Notes: a model not told the origin generated them from the letters alone. 62,432 nucleotides of DNA from Gammaproteobacteria bacterium (GCA_965656575.1 CBFHLA010000001.1:1-62432); one strand, 5' to 3'. Positions 1-8,448 are shown, counted from the first letter of the stretch. Numbers and translations are program-made.

Positions 1-110
1 GGGAGCAGTTTTTGTAGGGGGTTCACATAATGCAAAACACACAAATTTTGCAGGGCCGGGAGGGGGACATAAAAAGTTTCTACTGATTGGGGGGACATGT
101 TCTGAGTCAA
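1..110. repeat. G-tract-rich non-coding leader with three copies of a GGGGG(N0-2)(C)ACAT motif
   Basis: GGGGGttCACAT at 17-28, GGGGGACAT at 62-70 and GGGGGGACAT at 89-98, plus GGG at 1-3, 53-55 and 58-60. No ORF. Much G-richer than the rest of the window. Confidence 0.6.
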
Positions 111-179
111 AAATTTTTATAAGTTTAGGAAATTGCATATATTGTTTATATAGATGCAGTAAAATTAAATCAAAGAAAT

Positions 180-494
180 ATGTCAAATTGGAATGACAAT
201 GAAAATGAAGAGTTAGGTGGGGGCTTGAGTGAAATTGAGCAAATGCAAGCTGAAGCTATTATGTTAGACACAGCTTTTAATAACTCTTATTTAATTCTTA
301 CTAATCAGATTACCTTTTCTGAGTTATTAGGTAGGAGATTTGATACCGGGGAGGACGCTGTGATGGCACATGATCCGGAAGTTGGACCGAAAAAAGATGA
401 GCTATTAAATATGCTTGATCATTATGTTGAACTTGAAGAATATGAAAGATGTGCTAAAATTAAACAGATTTTAGATCAAAGTTATTCCGTGTAA
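180..494 (+). CDS. hypothetical acidic protein (104 aa)
   Basis: First ORF after the leader. ATG start, acidic composition, no motif recognised. Confidence 0.55.
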   Translation: MSNWNDNENEELGGGLSEIEQMQAEAIMLDTAFNNSYLILTNQITFSELLGRRFDTGEDAVMAHDPEVGPKKDELLNMLDHYVELEEYERCAKIKQILDQSYSV

Positions 495-504
495 AAAAAG
501 AATC

Positions 505-696
505 GTGGCAACAAAAAAGAAAAGTACAGTAAATAGTTCAGGTAATTATACTAAACCGACACTTCGTAAAAGATTATTTAATCAAATTAAAGCAGGAAGT
601 AAAGGTGGTAGACCAGGACAATGGTCAGCACGTAAAGCTCAAATGCTTGCTAAAAAATATAAAGCTGCTGGTGGAGGTTATAAAAGTAAAAAATAA
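505..696 (+). CDS. small lysine-rich basic protein (63 aa, GTG start)
   Basis: The N-terminus MATKKK is the same as in 3881..4174, which supports the GTG start. Contains GGRPGQWSARKAQ and is very K/R-rich. Its stop overlaps the next start (TAATG). Confidence 0.6.
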   Translation: MATKKKSTVNSSGNYTKPTLRKRLFNQIKAGSKGGRPGQWSARKAQMLAKKYKAAGGGYKSKK

Positions 697-938
697 TGGC
701 TAAAACTAAGCAACAAAAAAGTCTAGATAGATGGACAAGACAAAAGTGGAGAACTCCTTCTGGTAAAAAAAGTTCGGAGACCGGTGAAGTATATGCTCCA
801 TCTCGTACAATATCTAAACTTAAAAGTACCAAAAAAGGTAGAGCTAAGCTTGCTGCCGCAAATAAAAAGAAAAGAGCTGCAACAAAAAAAGGTAAACAAC
901 ACGCAAAACACGGATTGCATAAAGGTAAAAAAAGATAA
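696..938 (+). CDS. small lysine-rich basic protein (80 aa)
   Basis: TAATG-coupled on both sides. C-terminal KKGRAKLAAANKKKRAATKKGKQHAKHGLHKGKKR. Confidence 0.6.
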   Translation: MAKTKQQKSLDRWTRQKWRTPSGKKSSETGEVYAPSRTISKLKSTKKGRAKLAAANKKKRAATKKGKQHAKHGLHKGKKR

Positions 939-2263
939 TGGGAAATATATTACAAGATATGATGGGATTATTATCCCGTAAGAAAGTGGTTAAAGAAGCT
1001 GAACCAACTGATTTTATTTTATTAGGTAGAACACCTAATCCAGAAGATAGCATGTTTGTTGTTCCAAAAATGAATAATCAACTTATAAGTGTTAAAGATT
1101 TAAAAGCGGATATAGGTACTTCTATAACTCTAGAAACAAATAACTCATCTGGACCTGCAACATTAATAGACGGAGTTTTAAATGTACCTAATTATACAGG
1201 TATTGTTGGACCTCCTGGTCCGGCAGGTGTAGATGGTGCAGATGGAGCAAACGGCACAAACGGTACTAATGGAACAAATGGAATTGATGGAATTGATGGA
1301 CAAGACGGAGCCCAAGGGCCTCCAGGTGCTGACGGTACTTCTATAAATATACTTGGTACAGTAGCTAATTGCTCAGGTTTACCAACTAGCGGTAATACAG
1401 CAGGAGACTTGTACATATTAGACGTTGATGATCCAGGTTGTTCTTATGGAGCAGGTACTGCAGGAGACGGTTATGTTTGGACATCTCAAAATACTTGGTT
1501 AAACATTGGACCATTAAGAGGACCTCAAGGAATACAAGGAATACAAGGTGCTCAAGGTCCTGTCGGAGCTAATGGTACTAACGGAGTTGATGGGACGGAT
1601 GGTACAGATGGAGCTCCTGGAGCTATAGGTCCGCAAGGTCCAATAGGACCACAAGGTCCAATAGGGCCGGTAGGTGCTACAGGTGCAACGGGTGCCACAG
1701 GTGCAGTAGGCGCTACTGGTGCTACTGGTGCTACAGGATCACAAGGACCAGCAGGTGCGGTAGGACCAGCAGGACTTAACTGGCAAGGTGCTTGGGTTTC
1801 CGGAAGTAACTATGTAGAAGATGATGCTGTAGCTTACAATGGAGCATCATATTTTTGTATATCTGATGTTTCAGGAGGAACAACTACACCAGATATAGCT
1901 ACTAGTAATTGGGCTCTTTTAGCAGCTCAAGGTGCTGAAGGACCTCAAGGACCAACAGGACCTCAAGGACCAACGGGACCAGCAGGTGCAGTTGGAGCTA
2001 TAGGACCTACAGGAGCAACGGGACCAGAAGGTCCACAAGGACCAGCGGGAGGCGTAAACTCAGTTACAGCAGGTGATAATATAGTTGTATCACCAACAAC
2101 AGGAGATGTTATTGTTTCTGCACCTAATTCAATTGTAAACACCACTGATTCATACACATCAACACCTAAAGTAACAAATATTACATCTTTAACTCAAACG
2201 GAATATGATGGTTTAGTATCTGGTGGAACAATAGATGCTAATACATTATATATAATATTATAA
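938..2263 (+). CDS. collagen-like triple-helix-repeat fibre protein (441 aa)
   Basis: Three Gly-X-Y tracts (nt 1199-1336, 1508-1774, 1931-2053; e.g. GPQGPIGPQGPIGPVGATGATGATG) separated by non-collagen segments. The N-terminal ~60 aa are paralogous to 3219..3878. Confidence 0.85.
   Translation: MGNILQDMMGLLSRKKVVKEAEPTDFILLGRTPNPEDSMFVVPKMNNQLISVKDLKADIGTSITLETNNSSGPATLIDGVLNVPNYTGIVGPPGPAGVDGADGANGTNGTNGTNGIDGIDGQDGAQGPPGADGTSINILGTVANCSGLPTSGNTAGDLYILDVDDPGCSYGAGTAGDGYVWTSQNTWLNIGPLRGPQGIQGIQGAQGPVGANGTNGVDGTDGTDGAPGAIGPQGPIGPQGPIGPVGATGATGATGAVGATGATGATGSQGPAGAVGPAGLNWQGAWVSGSNYVEDDAVAYNGASYFCISDVSGGTTTPDIATSNWALLAAQGAEGPQGPTGPQGPTGPAGAVGAIGPTGATGPEGPQGPAGGVNSVTAGDNIVVSPTTGDVIVSAPNSIVNTTDSYTSTPKVTNITSLTQTEYDGLVSGGTIDANTLYIIL
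1199..2053 (+). repeat. Gly-X-Y (9-nt periodic) collagen repeat tracts inside the CDS
   Basis: GGN-NNN-NNN periodicity is visible directly, e.g. ggtgctactggtgctactggtgctaca. Confidence 0.85.
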
Positions 2264-2264
2264 G

Positions 2265-3191
2265 ATGGCAGATTTCAAACTAAATAATGTTACACCAGCT
2301 GTTGGTAAAATAAAGGTGGGTGATACTGACGTACAGAAAATATATCAAGGTGAAACGCTTGTTTGGCCTATGTCAACTCCCCCTGGGCCATGCACGGGTT
2401 ACTTATTTGCGGATAAAGCTGAATTACAAACAGCAGTAAATCTATGGTATTTGTATCCAACTTACGCAGAAAGTGTTTATGGTGAAATAAATACTTGGTG
2501 TACTCAAAATGTTACCGATATGTCAGAATTATTTTTGGATAAAACTGACTTTAATGATGACATTTCAAACTGGGATGTAAGTAATGTTACTAACATGTTT
2601 AAGATGTTTTGGGAGGCGGAATCTTTTAATCAAGATATAAGTTCTTGGAATGTTAGTAATGTGATTAATTTTGAATATATGTTTTTTAGAGCTTTTGATT
2701 TTAATCAAGACATTTCCTCTTGGGATGTAAGTAATGCTACTAATATGACCAGAATGTTTCAAAATGCACAATCATTTAACCAAAACATTAATTCTTGGGA
2801 TGTAAGTAATGTGATTACTATGGATGAAATGTTTTTTGGCACTTTTTCATTTAATCAACCTCTTAATAACTGGAATACTAGCAATGTAAATAATATGCGA
2901 TTTATGTTTAATTCATCTGGTTTTAATCAACCTATTGGAAATTGGAATACTTCTAATGTTACTAATATGAGATTTATGTTTGCTAACACACCGGCATTTA
3001 ACCAACCTATTGGAAATTGGGATGTAAGTAATGTAACTGATATGATTGCCATGTTTTCTGGTGCTAATTCATTTAACCAAGATCTAACAAATTGGTGTGT
3101 TACAAATATTACATCGGAGCCAAGTAACTTTAGTGCTAATTGCCCACTAACAGAACAAAATAAACCTATTTGGGGAACTTGCCCTCCATGA
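2265..3191 (+). CDS. DUF285 / BspA-type leucine-rich-repeat protein (308 aa)
   Basis: About nine tandem ~26-aa units of the form FNQDISSWDVSNVTNMxxMF (nt ~2484-3115). Confidence 0.85.
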   Translation: MADFKLNNVTPAVGKIKVGDTDVQKIYQGETLVWPMSTPPGPCTGYLFADKAELQTAVNLWYLYPTYAESVYGEINTWCTQNVTDMSELFLDKTDFNDDISNWDVSNVTNMFKMFWEAESFNQDISSWNVSNVINFEYMFFRAFDFNQDISSWDVSNATNMTRMFQNAQSFNQNINSWDVSNVITMDEMFFGTFSFNQPLNNWNTSNVNNMRFMFNSSGFNQPIGNWNTSNVTNMRFMFANTPAFNQPIGNWDVSNVTDMIAMFSGANSFNQDLTNWCVTNITSEPSNFSANCPLTEQNKPIWGTCPP

Positions 3192-3218
3192 TAAAAACGC
3201 GTTTAAAAAATATATAAT

Positions 3219-3878
3219 ATGAGTACTATATTACAAGACATGATGGGAATGCTTCGTAGAAAGCAAATTAAACAACCAAAATCAGATGATGTTGTTACTG
3301 TTGCTAGATATGAATCCCCACAAGAAAGATTGAAACCTCAACCTAAAGTGCAAACAGAACTTGTATCTTTGAGTAGTTTAAAATCATTTATTAATTCTGG
3401 TTCAAAAGCAAATGGTCAGGGTTGGGCAAGATATGATGATACATTCTGGACTGAATCAAATAAATTTCCATTGCTTAATGGAGCATCAGTTGAAATGCCA
3501 AATAATGCAGGTGCCATTTATACAAGCGGTAGCAACATAGAATATTATAATGGTACATCTAATAGAGTTTTAGCAGACAACGCGAATGATGTATATATCA
3601 TGACTGTTGTATTTAAATACCAAGCGCCTAACGCAAACCAAACTCATTTAGATATAGCATTTGAAGGTGTAAATGGAACACCATATGATAGAATTACAGC
3701 TGAAGCAATATTTCCAAAAGGTAATGACGCAGTACATAATTTTCACCAAGTATTTCAATATTATGCTGATTCTAGTTTTGTAGAGAACGGATCTTTTTGG
3801 CAGATAACAGCTAATGGCGGGGATGCACTTATATGGGATATAATTTATTTTATACAAAAAACCTATAATGCAAAATAA
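3219..3878 (+). CDS. putative fibre / receptor-binding protein sharing the N-terminal module of the collagen-like protein (219 aa)
   Basis: MSTILQDMMGMLRRK... compared with MGNILQDMMGLLSRK... in 938..2263. The C-terminal part is unrelated and looks beta-rich. Confidence 0.6.
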   Translation: MSTILQDMMGMLRRKQIKQPKSDDVVTVARYESPQERLKPQPKVQTELVSLSSLKSFINSGSKANGQGWARYDDTFWTESNKFPLLNGASVEMPNNAGAIYTSGSNIEYYNGTSNRVLADNANDVYIMTVVFKYQAPNANQTHLDIAFEGVNGTPYDRITAEAIFPKGNDAVHNFHQVFQYYADSSFVENGSFWQITANGGDALIWDIIYFIQKTYNAK

Positions 3879-3880
3879 TT

Positions 3881-4174
3881 ATGGCAACTAAGAAAAAAGA
3901 TAGTAGATTAGCAAGAGCCGGAGTGTCTGGTTATAATAAACCTAAACGTACACCGAATCATCCTAAAAAGTCACATATTGTTGTAGCTAAAGAAGGTAAT
4001 AAAGTAAAAACAATTAGATTTGGTGAACAAGGTGCTAAAACTGCGGGTAAACCAAAAGCAGGTGAGTCAGCAAAGATGAAAAAGAAACGTGCAAGTTTTA
4101 AAGCAAGACATGCCAAAAATATCAAAAAGGGTAAAATGTCTGCAGCATATTGGGCTAATAAAGTAAAATGGTAG
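3881..4174 (+). CDS. small lysine-rich basic protein (97 aa)
   Basis: MATKKK N-terminus. Contains GYNKPKRTPNHPKKSH and KKKRASFKARHAKNIKKGK. Confidence 0.6.
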   Translation: MATKKKDSRLARAGVSGYNKPKRTPNHPKKSHIVVAKEGNKVKTIRFGEQGAKTAGKPKAGESAKMKKKRASFKARHAKNIKKGKMSAAYWANKVKW

Positions 4175-4314
4175 AGCAATTATTAAAAAGTGCATCAGAA
4201 CACGGTCAAAAAAGCAAATTGATAAAAGAAGTTAATAAACTAAAAATTAATAATCCAGATAAGTCAAATGATACTTTGTATAGTTTAGCTTATCAAATAG
4301 TTATGAAGACATGA
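4168..4314 (+). CDS. small hypothetical protein (48 aa, below the track threshold)
   Basis: Hand-translated as MVEQLLKSASEHGQKSKLIKEVNKLKINNPDKSNDTLYSLAYQIVMKT. Its ATG overlaps the end of 3881..4174, and its TGA overlaps the ATG of 4311..4556 (ATGA). It fills an otherwise empty 136-nt gap. Confidence 0.4.
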   Translation: MVEQLLKSASEHGQKSKLIKEVNKLKINNPDKSNDTLYSLAYQIVMKT

Positions 4315-4556
4315 CAGAATCTAATATTAAAAAATTAGGCTTTGAAAGAATAGATGTTACTGCGGAAGAGTCAGGTGACGTTGCTTTTTATTACTATGGA
4401 TACAAAATAGGTCATATTGATTTGATATCTAATAGCAATGATAATACTCAAGAAGGTAAATGGATTGTAGAAATATTAGAAGGTGATATACAATTTCATG
4501 ACTACATTGAACTTAAAAATGCCATTAACATTTTAGAGAGGAATAAAATAAGTTAA
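4311..4556 (+). CDS. hypothetical protein (81 aa)
   Basis: ORF track; no motif recognised. Confidence 0.55.
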   Translation: MTESNIKKLGFERIDVTAEESGDVAFYYYGYKIGHIDLISNSNDNTQEGKWIVEILEGDIQFHDYIELKNAINILERNKIS

Positions 4557-4738
4557 AATAACCCAGCTTTTATATCTATTCTTGCCATATCTGATTGATC
4601 TAATTTAGCCCACCATTCTTCATTCATATCTTTCAAACGCACACCTTCTTTTGTGTCACCACAATAATTATTTATACATTCATAAACCGTGCATGTTGAT
4701 TCATCAATAAACGAGTTAACAGATTTAAGATATTTCAT
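4553..4738 (-). CDS. hypothetical protein (61 aa), the only plausible minus-strand gene
   Basis: It exactly fills the gap between 4556 and the AT-rich region 4739-4831. Its stop overlaps the stop of the convergent + gene (TTAA). Composition is ordinary (W-, C- and D/E-containing). Confidence 0.45.
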   Translation of the reverse strand: MKYLKSVNSFIDESTCTVYECINNYCGDTKEGVRLKDMNEEWWAKLDQSDMARIDIKAGLF

Positions 4739-4794
4739 TTTAATATTTATTAGTTAAATATATAAAAATACTTTTAAAGTTTAAACTATTTTTA

Positions 4795-4802
4795 TATATT
4801 TG
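4795..4802 (+). promoter_or_regulatory. possible Bacteroidota-type -7 promoter element (TAnnTTTG)
   Basis: TATATTTG lies 30 nt upstream of ATG 4832 in the largest intergenic region. The motif is short and expected by chance in AT-rich DNA. Confidence 0.25.
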
Positions 4803-4831
4803 TTATTAAGTTAAATTTTAAAATCAACAAA

Positions 4832-5134
4832 ATGGCAAAATTAAAAAAAATAAACTCTGATTTACAAGATAAAGACCCTCAGCTTTCAGAAGAACAACTT
4901 AAAGAACGCAGAGAAGAAATTACAAAATTTTACAAAGATAATATTCCGCATTTAACTGTTCAAGCAGAATATGAAAATTTACTTGCTGAAATAGATAAAG
5001 CTAGAGCAGAGAGATTGCAAGCTCAAATTTTTATGGCTCAAGCTACAGCACAACAAAATGCAAGTGAAGGACCATCTGATGAAGAAAAAGCTTTTAAAGA
5101 AGCAATGGAAAAAGCTTCAAAAAATATTGAATAA
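4832..5134 (+). CDS. hypothetical coiled-coil protein (100 aa)
   Basis: Charged heptad-like sequence; first gene after the 4739-4831 intergenic region. Confidence 0.55.
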   Translation: MAKLKKINSDLQDKDPQLSEEQLKERREEITKFYKDNIPHLTVQAEYENLLAEIDKARAERLQAQIFMAQATAQQNASEGPSDEEKAFKEAMEKASKNIE

Positions 5135-5135
5135 A

Positions 5136-6056
5136 ATGAAAGTTATTAAAAAAGGAGATAAAGGTTTAGATGTAAAAACTTTACAACAAAAACTTAAAAT
5201 TACACCTGATGGTGATTTTGGTCCTATGACTGAAAAACATGTAATTAGATTTCAACTAATGCATGGTATAACTGCAGATGGAATAGTTGGATCTGATACA
5301 TGGTCTCTTATTTTAACTCTTAAAGATTGTGCTACAGAAGAAATTGATGAAGATAATGATACATCAAGTCAATATTTTACAACACCATGGAATCAAGTTA
5401 TTCATAAACACTATTTACCAAAAGGTGAGTATATAGAAGGCCCTATAAAAAATGATTATATATTTTTACATCATACTGCAGGAAATTCTAATCCATATGC
5501 ATGTATTGATTATTGGGGTAGAGATGACAGAGGTAGAGTAGCAACAGAATTTGTTTTAGGTGGTATTAACCATAGAAATGGTAATGATGAATATGATGGT
5601 GTAATGCTTCAAGCATTTCCAACAGGTGCACAAGGTTGGCATTTAGGAAAAACGGGTTCAGGACACATGAATAGACATTCTGTAGGTATTGAGTTATGTA
5701 ATATGGGTCATCTTGATTCTGAATATAAAACGTATGTAGGATCATCTTGTTTACCAACACAAGTTGTACAATTATCTGAAGCATTTAAAGGTAAATTACA
5801 CTGGCATTCTTACTCAGAAAAACAGATTAAAGAAACTGAGAAATGGATAAGATGGGTGGGAGAAAGAGATGGTATAGATATAAGAATAGGTTTAAAACAA
5901 TTTATCAAAAAGTATGGTCCAACAAAAGGCTTTGATTTTCAAGAAGAAGCTTATTATGGAAAAGTAAAAGGTTTATTAGTACACGGTAATGTACGTACTG
6001 GTAAATCAGATTGCTATCCTCATCCAGACTTTGTTGATATGATAATGAGTTTATAA
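5136..6056 (+). CDS. endolysin: peptidoglycan-binding domain + N-acetylmuramoyl-L-alanine amidase (Amidase_2/PGRP type)
   Basis: Start moved to ATG 5136, 1 nt after the stop of the previous gene; the track start 5058 would overlap that gene by 77 nt. PG_binding_1-like LDVKTLQQKLKITPDGDFGPMTEKHVIRFQ...GITADGIVGSDTW. Then FLHHTAG, HSVGIELCN and VHGNVRTGKSDC, candidate T7-lysozyme-like H/H/C zinc ligands. Confidence 0.85.
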   Translation: MKVIKKGDKGLDVKTLQQKLKITPDGDFGPMTEKHVIRFQLMHGITADGIVGSDTWSLILTLKDCATEEIDEDNDTSSQYFTTPWNQVIHKHYLPKGEYIEGPIKNDYIFLHHTAGNSNPYACIDYWGRDDRGRVATEFVLGGINHRNGNDEYDGVMLQAFPTGAQGWHLGKTGSGHMNRHSVGIELCNMGHLDSEYKTYVGSSCLPTQVVQLSEAFKGKLHWHSYSEKQIKETEKWIRWVGERDGIDIRIGLKQFIKKYGPTKGFDFQEEAYYGKVKGLLVHGNVRTGKSDCYPHPDFVDMIMSL

Positions 6057-6436
6057 TGGCACTAGTAAAAAAAGTAGATTTAAAATTAAAAGTAAATATT
6101 GATACCTCAATAAAGTATCAAATACTTACGTATTGTTTTTTCAATGATATATTATTGAATAATTCTGACTTAAAATTTTTGTGTGAACTTGCTAAGAATA
6201 ATGGTGTAGAACTAACAAAGTTTTGTCTTGATTTAGTAAAACAAGAAATATTTAAAAGCCCACAATCAGCTAGAAATGCAATTACAAAAGCTGAAAAAAA
6301 AGGTTTGTTAAATAAAAAGGGAACTAATAAAAAAACAATATCAATTAATCCAAGCATAAATGTTCAAAATGAAGGTTTAGTTTTATTAGATTATAAAGTT
6401 TTAGGTAATGCATCCGAGATCACACAAGGAGTTTAG
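6056..6436 (+). CDS. hypothetical protein (126 aa), possibly winged-helix
   Basis: TAATG-coupled to the endolysin. The FKSPQSARNAITKAEKKGLL segment looks like a recognition helix (weak). Confidence 0.5.
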   Translation: MALVKKVDLKLKVNIDTSIKYQILTYCFFNDILLNNSDLKFLCELAKNNGVELTKFCLDLVKQEIFKSPQSARNAITKAEKKGLLNKKGTNKKTISINPSINVQNEGLVLLDYKVLGNASEITQGV

Positions 6437-6764
6437 TAAAGATATAGCAGATGAGGTAGGGGTTCATCCTCAAGTAGTTGATGATTTTATAACATTTTAC
6501 TATGGAAAGCTAAGAAAAAAACTTTCAACTTTATCTTTTCCAAGAATATATGTAGAAGGTTTAGGTACATTTGAGCTAAGAAAAAATAAATTAGAAAAAG
6601 CAATACTTAAGAATAAAAGTTTGCTTGGTAATATTGCTAAAAGAACTTATAACGGTTATGCTAAAAGTGAGAATATTGCAAAAGATATTTTACAAATGGA
6701 GGCAGCTTTGGAAAAAATAATTGATGAAATATTAAATAAAAAGAAATTTAGAGATGGTAAATAA
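6408..6764 (+). CDS. HU/IHF-like DNA-binding protein candidate (118 aa)
   Basis: FSKDIADEVGVHPQVVDDFITFYYGKLRKKL...IYVEGLGTFELRK resembles the HU pattern (xELIxxIAxxxxLSKxxAxxxLxxxxxxIxxxL...VxLxGFGTFxV). Confidence 0.45.
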   Translation: MHPRSHKEFSKDIADEVGVHPQVVDDFITFYYGKLRKKLSTLSFPRIYVEGLGTFELRKNKLEKAILKNKSLLGNIAKRTYNGYAKSENIAKDILQMEAALEKIIDEILNKKKFRDGK

Positions 6765-7074
6765 ATGGAAAAAATATGTAGATGCATTTAAGAATATTGA
6801 TAAGATAGCTGAAGGTATTAAAAACAATATTTTTAAAAAAGAACATATAGAAGCTGTAGCTACCGATAGATTTCAAATATGTGTCAAATGTTCATTGTTT
6901 GATGCAAAAGGTGATGATTGTGTAGCACCAGGATCACAACCATGTTGTTCTGATTGTGGTTGTAGTCTTGCATTCAAAGTCAGATCGTTATCATCTGAAT
7001 GCCCAAAAGGATATTGGGATGCTCTAGTAACAGAAGAGCAAGAAGATATAATAAATAAACAAATAAATTTATAA
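6754..7074 (+). CDS. Cys-rich hypothetical protein (106 aa)
   Basis: CVKC...C...CCSDCGC...C cysteine cluster suggests metal binding. Confidence 0.55.
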   Translation: MVNKWKKYVDAFKNIDKIAEGIKNNIFKKEHIEAVATDRFQICVKCSLFDAKGDDCVAPGSQPCCSDCGCSLAFKVRSLSSECPKGYWDALVTEEQEDIINKQINL

Positions 7075-7367
7075 TGATGAAAAAAACAGCAATAGATATA
7101 GTTTTAGAAGGGGTATCTAATAGTAGTATTTCTAAAGAGGATGCAAAAATACTACTAGATGCAATAAACCAAAAAGGCAGTACACAATTTATACCTGTAC
7201 CTTATGAAAGCCCTAATACACATCACTCTCCTTATAGACCAGGAGATATTTGGTATACGACAAATACACACACATCTGGGTATTCTCAAGTAGAAGGAAC
7301 TACAGATAATCAACCAAAAACAACATTAACAACAAATACCTCATCAAAAATTGAAACAGAAGAATAA
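7074..7367 (+). CDS. hypothetical protein (97 aa)
   Basis: TAATG-coupled on both sides; no motif. Confidence 0.55.
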   Translation: MMKKTAIDIVLEGVSNSSISKEDAKILLDAINQKGSTQFIPVPYESPNTHHSPYRPGDIWYTTNTHTSGYSQVEGTTDNQPKTTLTTNTSSKIETEE

Positions 7368-8182
7368 TGGCAATTATATTTAAAGAAGAAGGTCATGTTT
7401 ACGAGAGTAATGATAATGATAACATAGAATGGACTAGCGTTACTTCTTTAGTTGGTAAATTTAAACCTAAATTTGACAGAGAAGGACAAGCTAAAAAGTC
7501 TTCAAAAAACAAAAGATCTAAGTGGTATGGTATGACTCCAAAAGAAATACTTGCTGCATGGGATGGTGAAACTGAAAGGGCAATTAAGCTTGGTAACTTT
7601 TATCATAATCAGCGTGAAGCTGATATATGTGATTTAGATACATTATCAAGACAAGGTGTTGAATTACCAATCATTCGACCACTTAACAATGAAGATACTG
7701 GTGTAAAAATTGCACCAGATCAAAAAATTAAAGAAGGAATATATCCTGAGCATTTAGTTTATTTAAAATCTTTAGGCATATGTGGTCAGGCTGATTTAGT
7801 TGAAGTTGTAAATGGATATATTAATATAACTGATTATAAAACAAATAAAGAAATCAAAGACAAAGGTTTTACTAATTGGGAGGGTATTACAAAAAAAATG
7901 TATAAACCAATTAGTCATTTGGATGATTGTAATTTAAACCATTATAATTTACAACTCAGTATTTATGCGTATATTATTAAAAAGCACAACCCTAAACTTA
8001 AAATAGGTAAATTAGTAATTCAGCATGTAAAATTTAAAAAAGTTGGAGAAGATAAAAATGGATATCCAATAAATGAACATGTTAATGGGGAACCAGTAAT
8101 TGAAGAAATAAAAATTTATGAATTACCATATTTGAAAGATGAAGTAATATCTATGATGATGTGGTTAAAAGACAACCAATAA
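7367..8182 (+). CDS. PD-(D/E)XK-superfamily nuclease candidate (271 aa)
   Basis: GQADLVEVVNGYINITDYKT matches the D...(D/E)xK core of RecB/Cas4-like phage exonucleases. Confidence 0.55.
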   Translation: MAIIFKEEGHVYESNDNDNIEWTSVTSLVGKFKPKFDREGQAKKSSKNKRSKWYGMTPKEILAAWDGETERAIKLGNFYHNQREADICDLDTLSRQGVELPIIRPLNNEDTGVKIAPDQKIKEGIYPEHLVYLKSLGICGQADLVEVVNGYINITDYKTNKEIKDKGFTNWEGITKKMYKPISHLDDCNLNHYNLQLSIYAYIIKKHNPKLKIGKLVIQHVKFKKVGEDKNGYPINEHVNGEPVIEEIKIYELPYLKDEVISMMMWLKDNQ

Positions 8183-8184
8183 TA

Positions 8185-8448
8185 ATGAAAGAATTTATAA
8201 CAACAGTAGCAGTTCAATCTAAACATTCTAAAGTACCAACAGACTTTAGGTTTGAAAAAACAAAGGTGATGATTGATCTAAGCAAAGTAATATTTTTTAG
8301 AGAATATTATCATCCAGGAACAGAAAAGTTTATGGATAGTCACGTAGAAGTAGTTGTACATGGTCAACAAGTTCCATTATACTTAGAAATAAGTTATAAA
8401 GATTTTAAAAAAGAAATGGAAAATCATTTTAATCCCAATGCATTATGA
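8185..8448 (+). CDS. hypothetical protein (87 aa)
   Basis: I prefer ATG 8185 (MKEFITT), 3 nt after the upstream stop, over the track's GTG 8161, which overlaps the nuclease gene. Confidence 0.5.
   Translation: MKEFITTVAVQSKHSKVPTDFRFEKTKVMIDLSKVIFFREYYHPGTEKFMDSHVEVVVHGQQVPLYLEISYKDFKKEMENHFNPNAL

Noticed and set aside
1-100. G-quadruplex formation by the 5' G-tracts
   Set aside because: The tracts are present, but loop lengths are long and irregular (only GGGccGGGaGGGGG is compact, and it lacks a clear fourth tract). I report the motif repeat instead.
650-1053. Overlapping ORFs 650..832(-), 723..920(-), 784..981(+), 844..1053(-)
   Set aside because: They are alternative frames of AAA/AAG-rich lysine-coding DNA. 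The TAATG-coupled + strand genes explain the region.
1192-2157. Minus-strand ORFs 1192..1416 and 1963..2157 (Pro/Gly/Ala-rich)
   Set aside because: They are antisense reading frames of the Gly-X-Y collagen repeats. The GGN/CCN periodicity keeps the opposite strand open. They lie entirely inside a well-supported + CDS.
5058-5135. Track start at 5058 for the endolysin
   Set aside because: It would overlap the preceding gene by 77 nt. ATG 5136 sits 1 nt after that gene's stop and begins exactly at the PG-binding domain.
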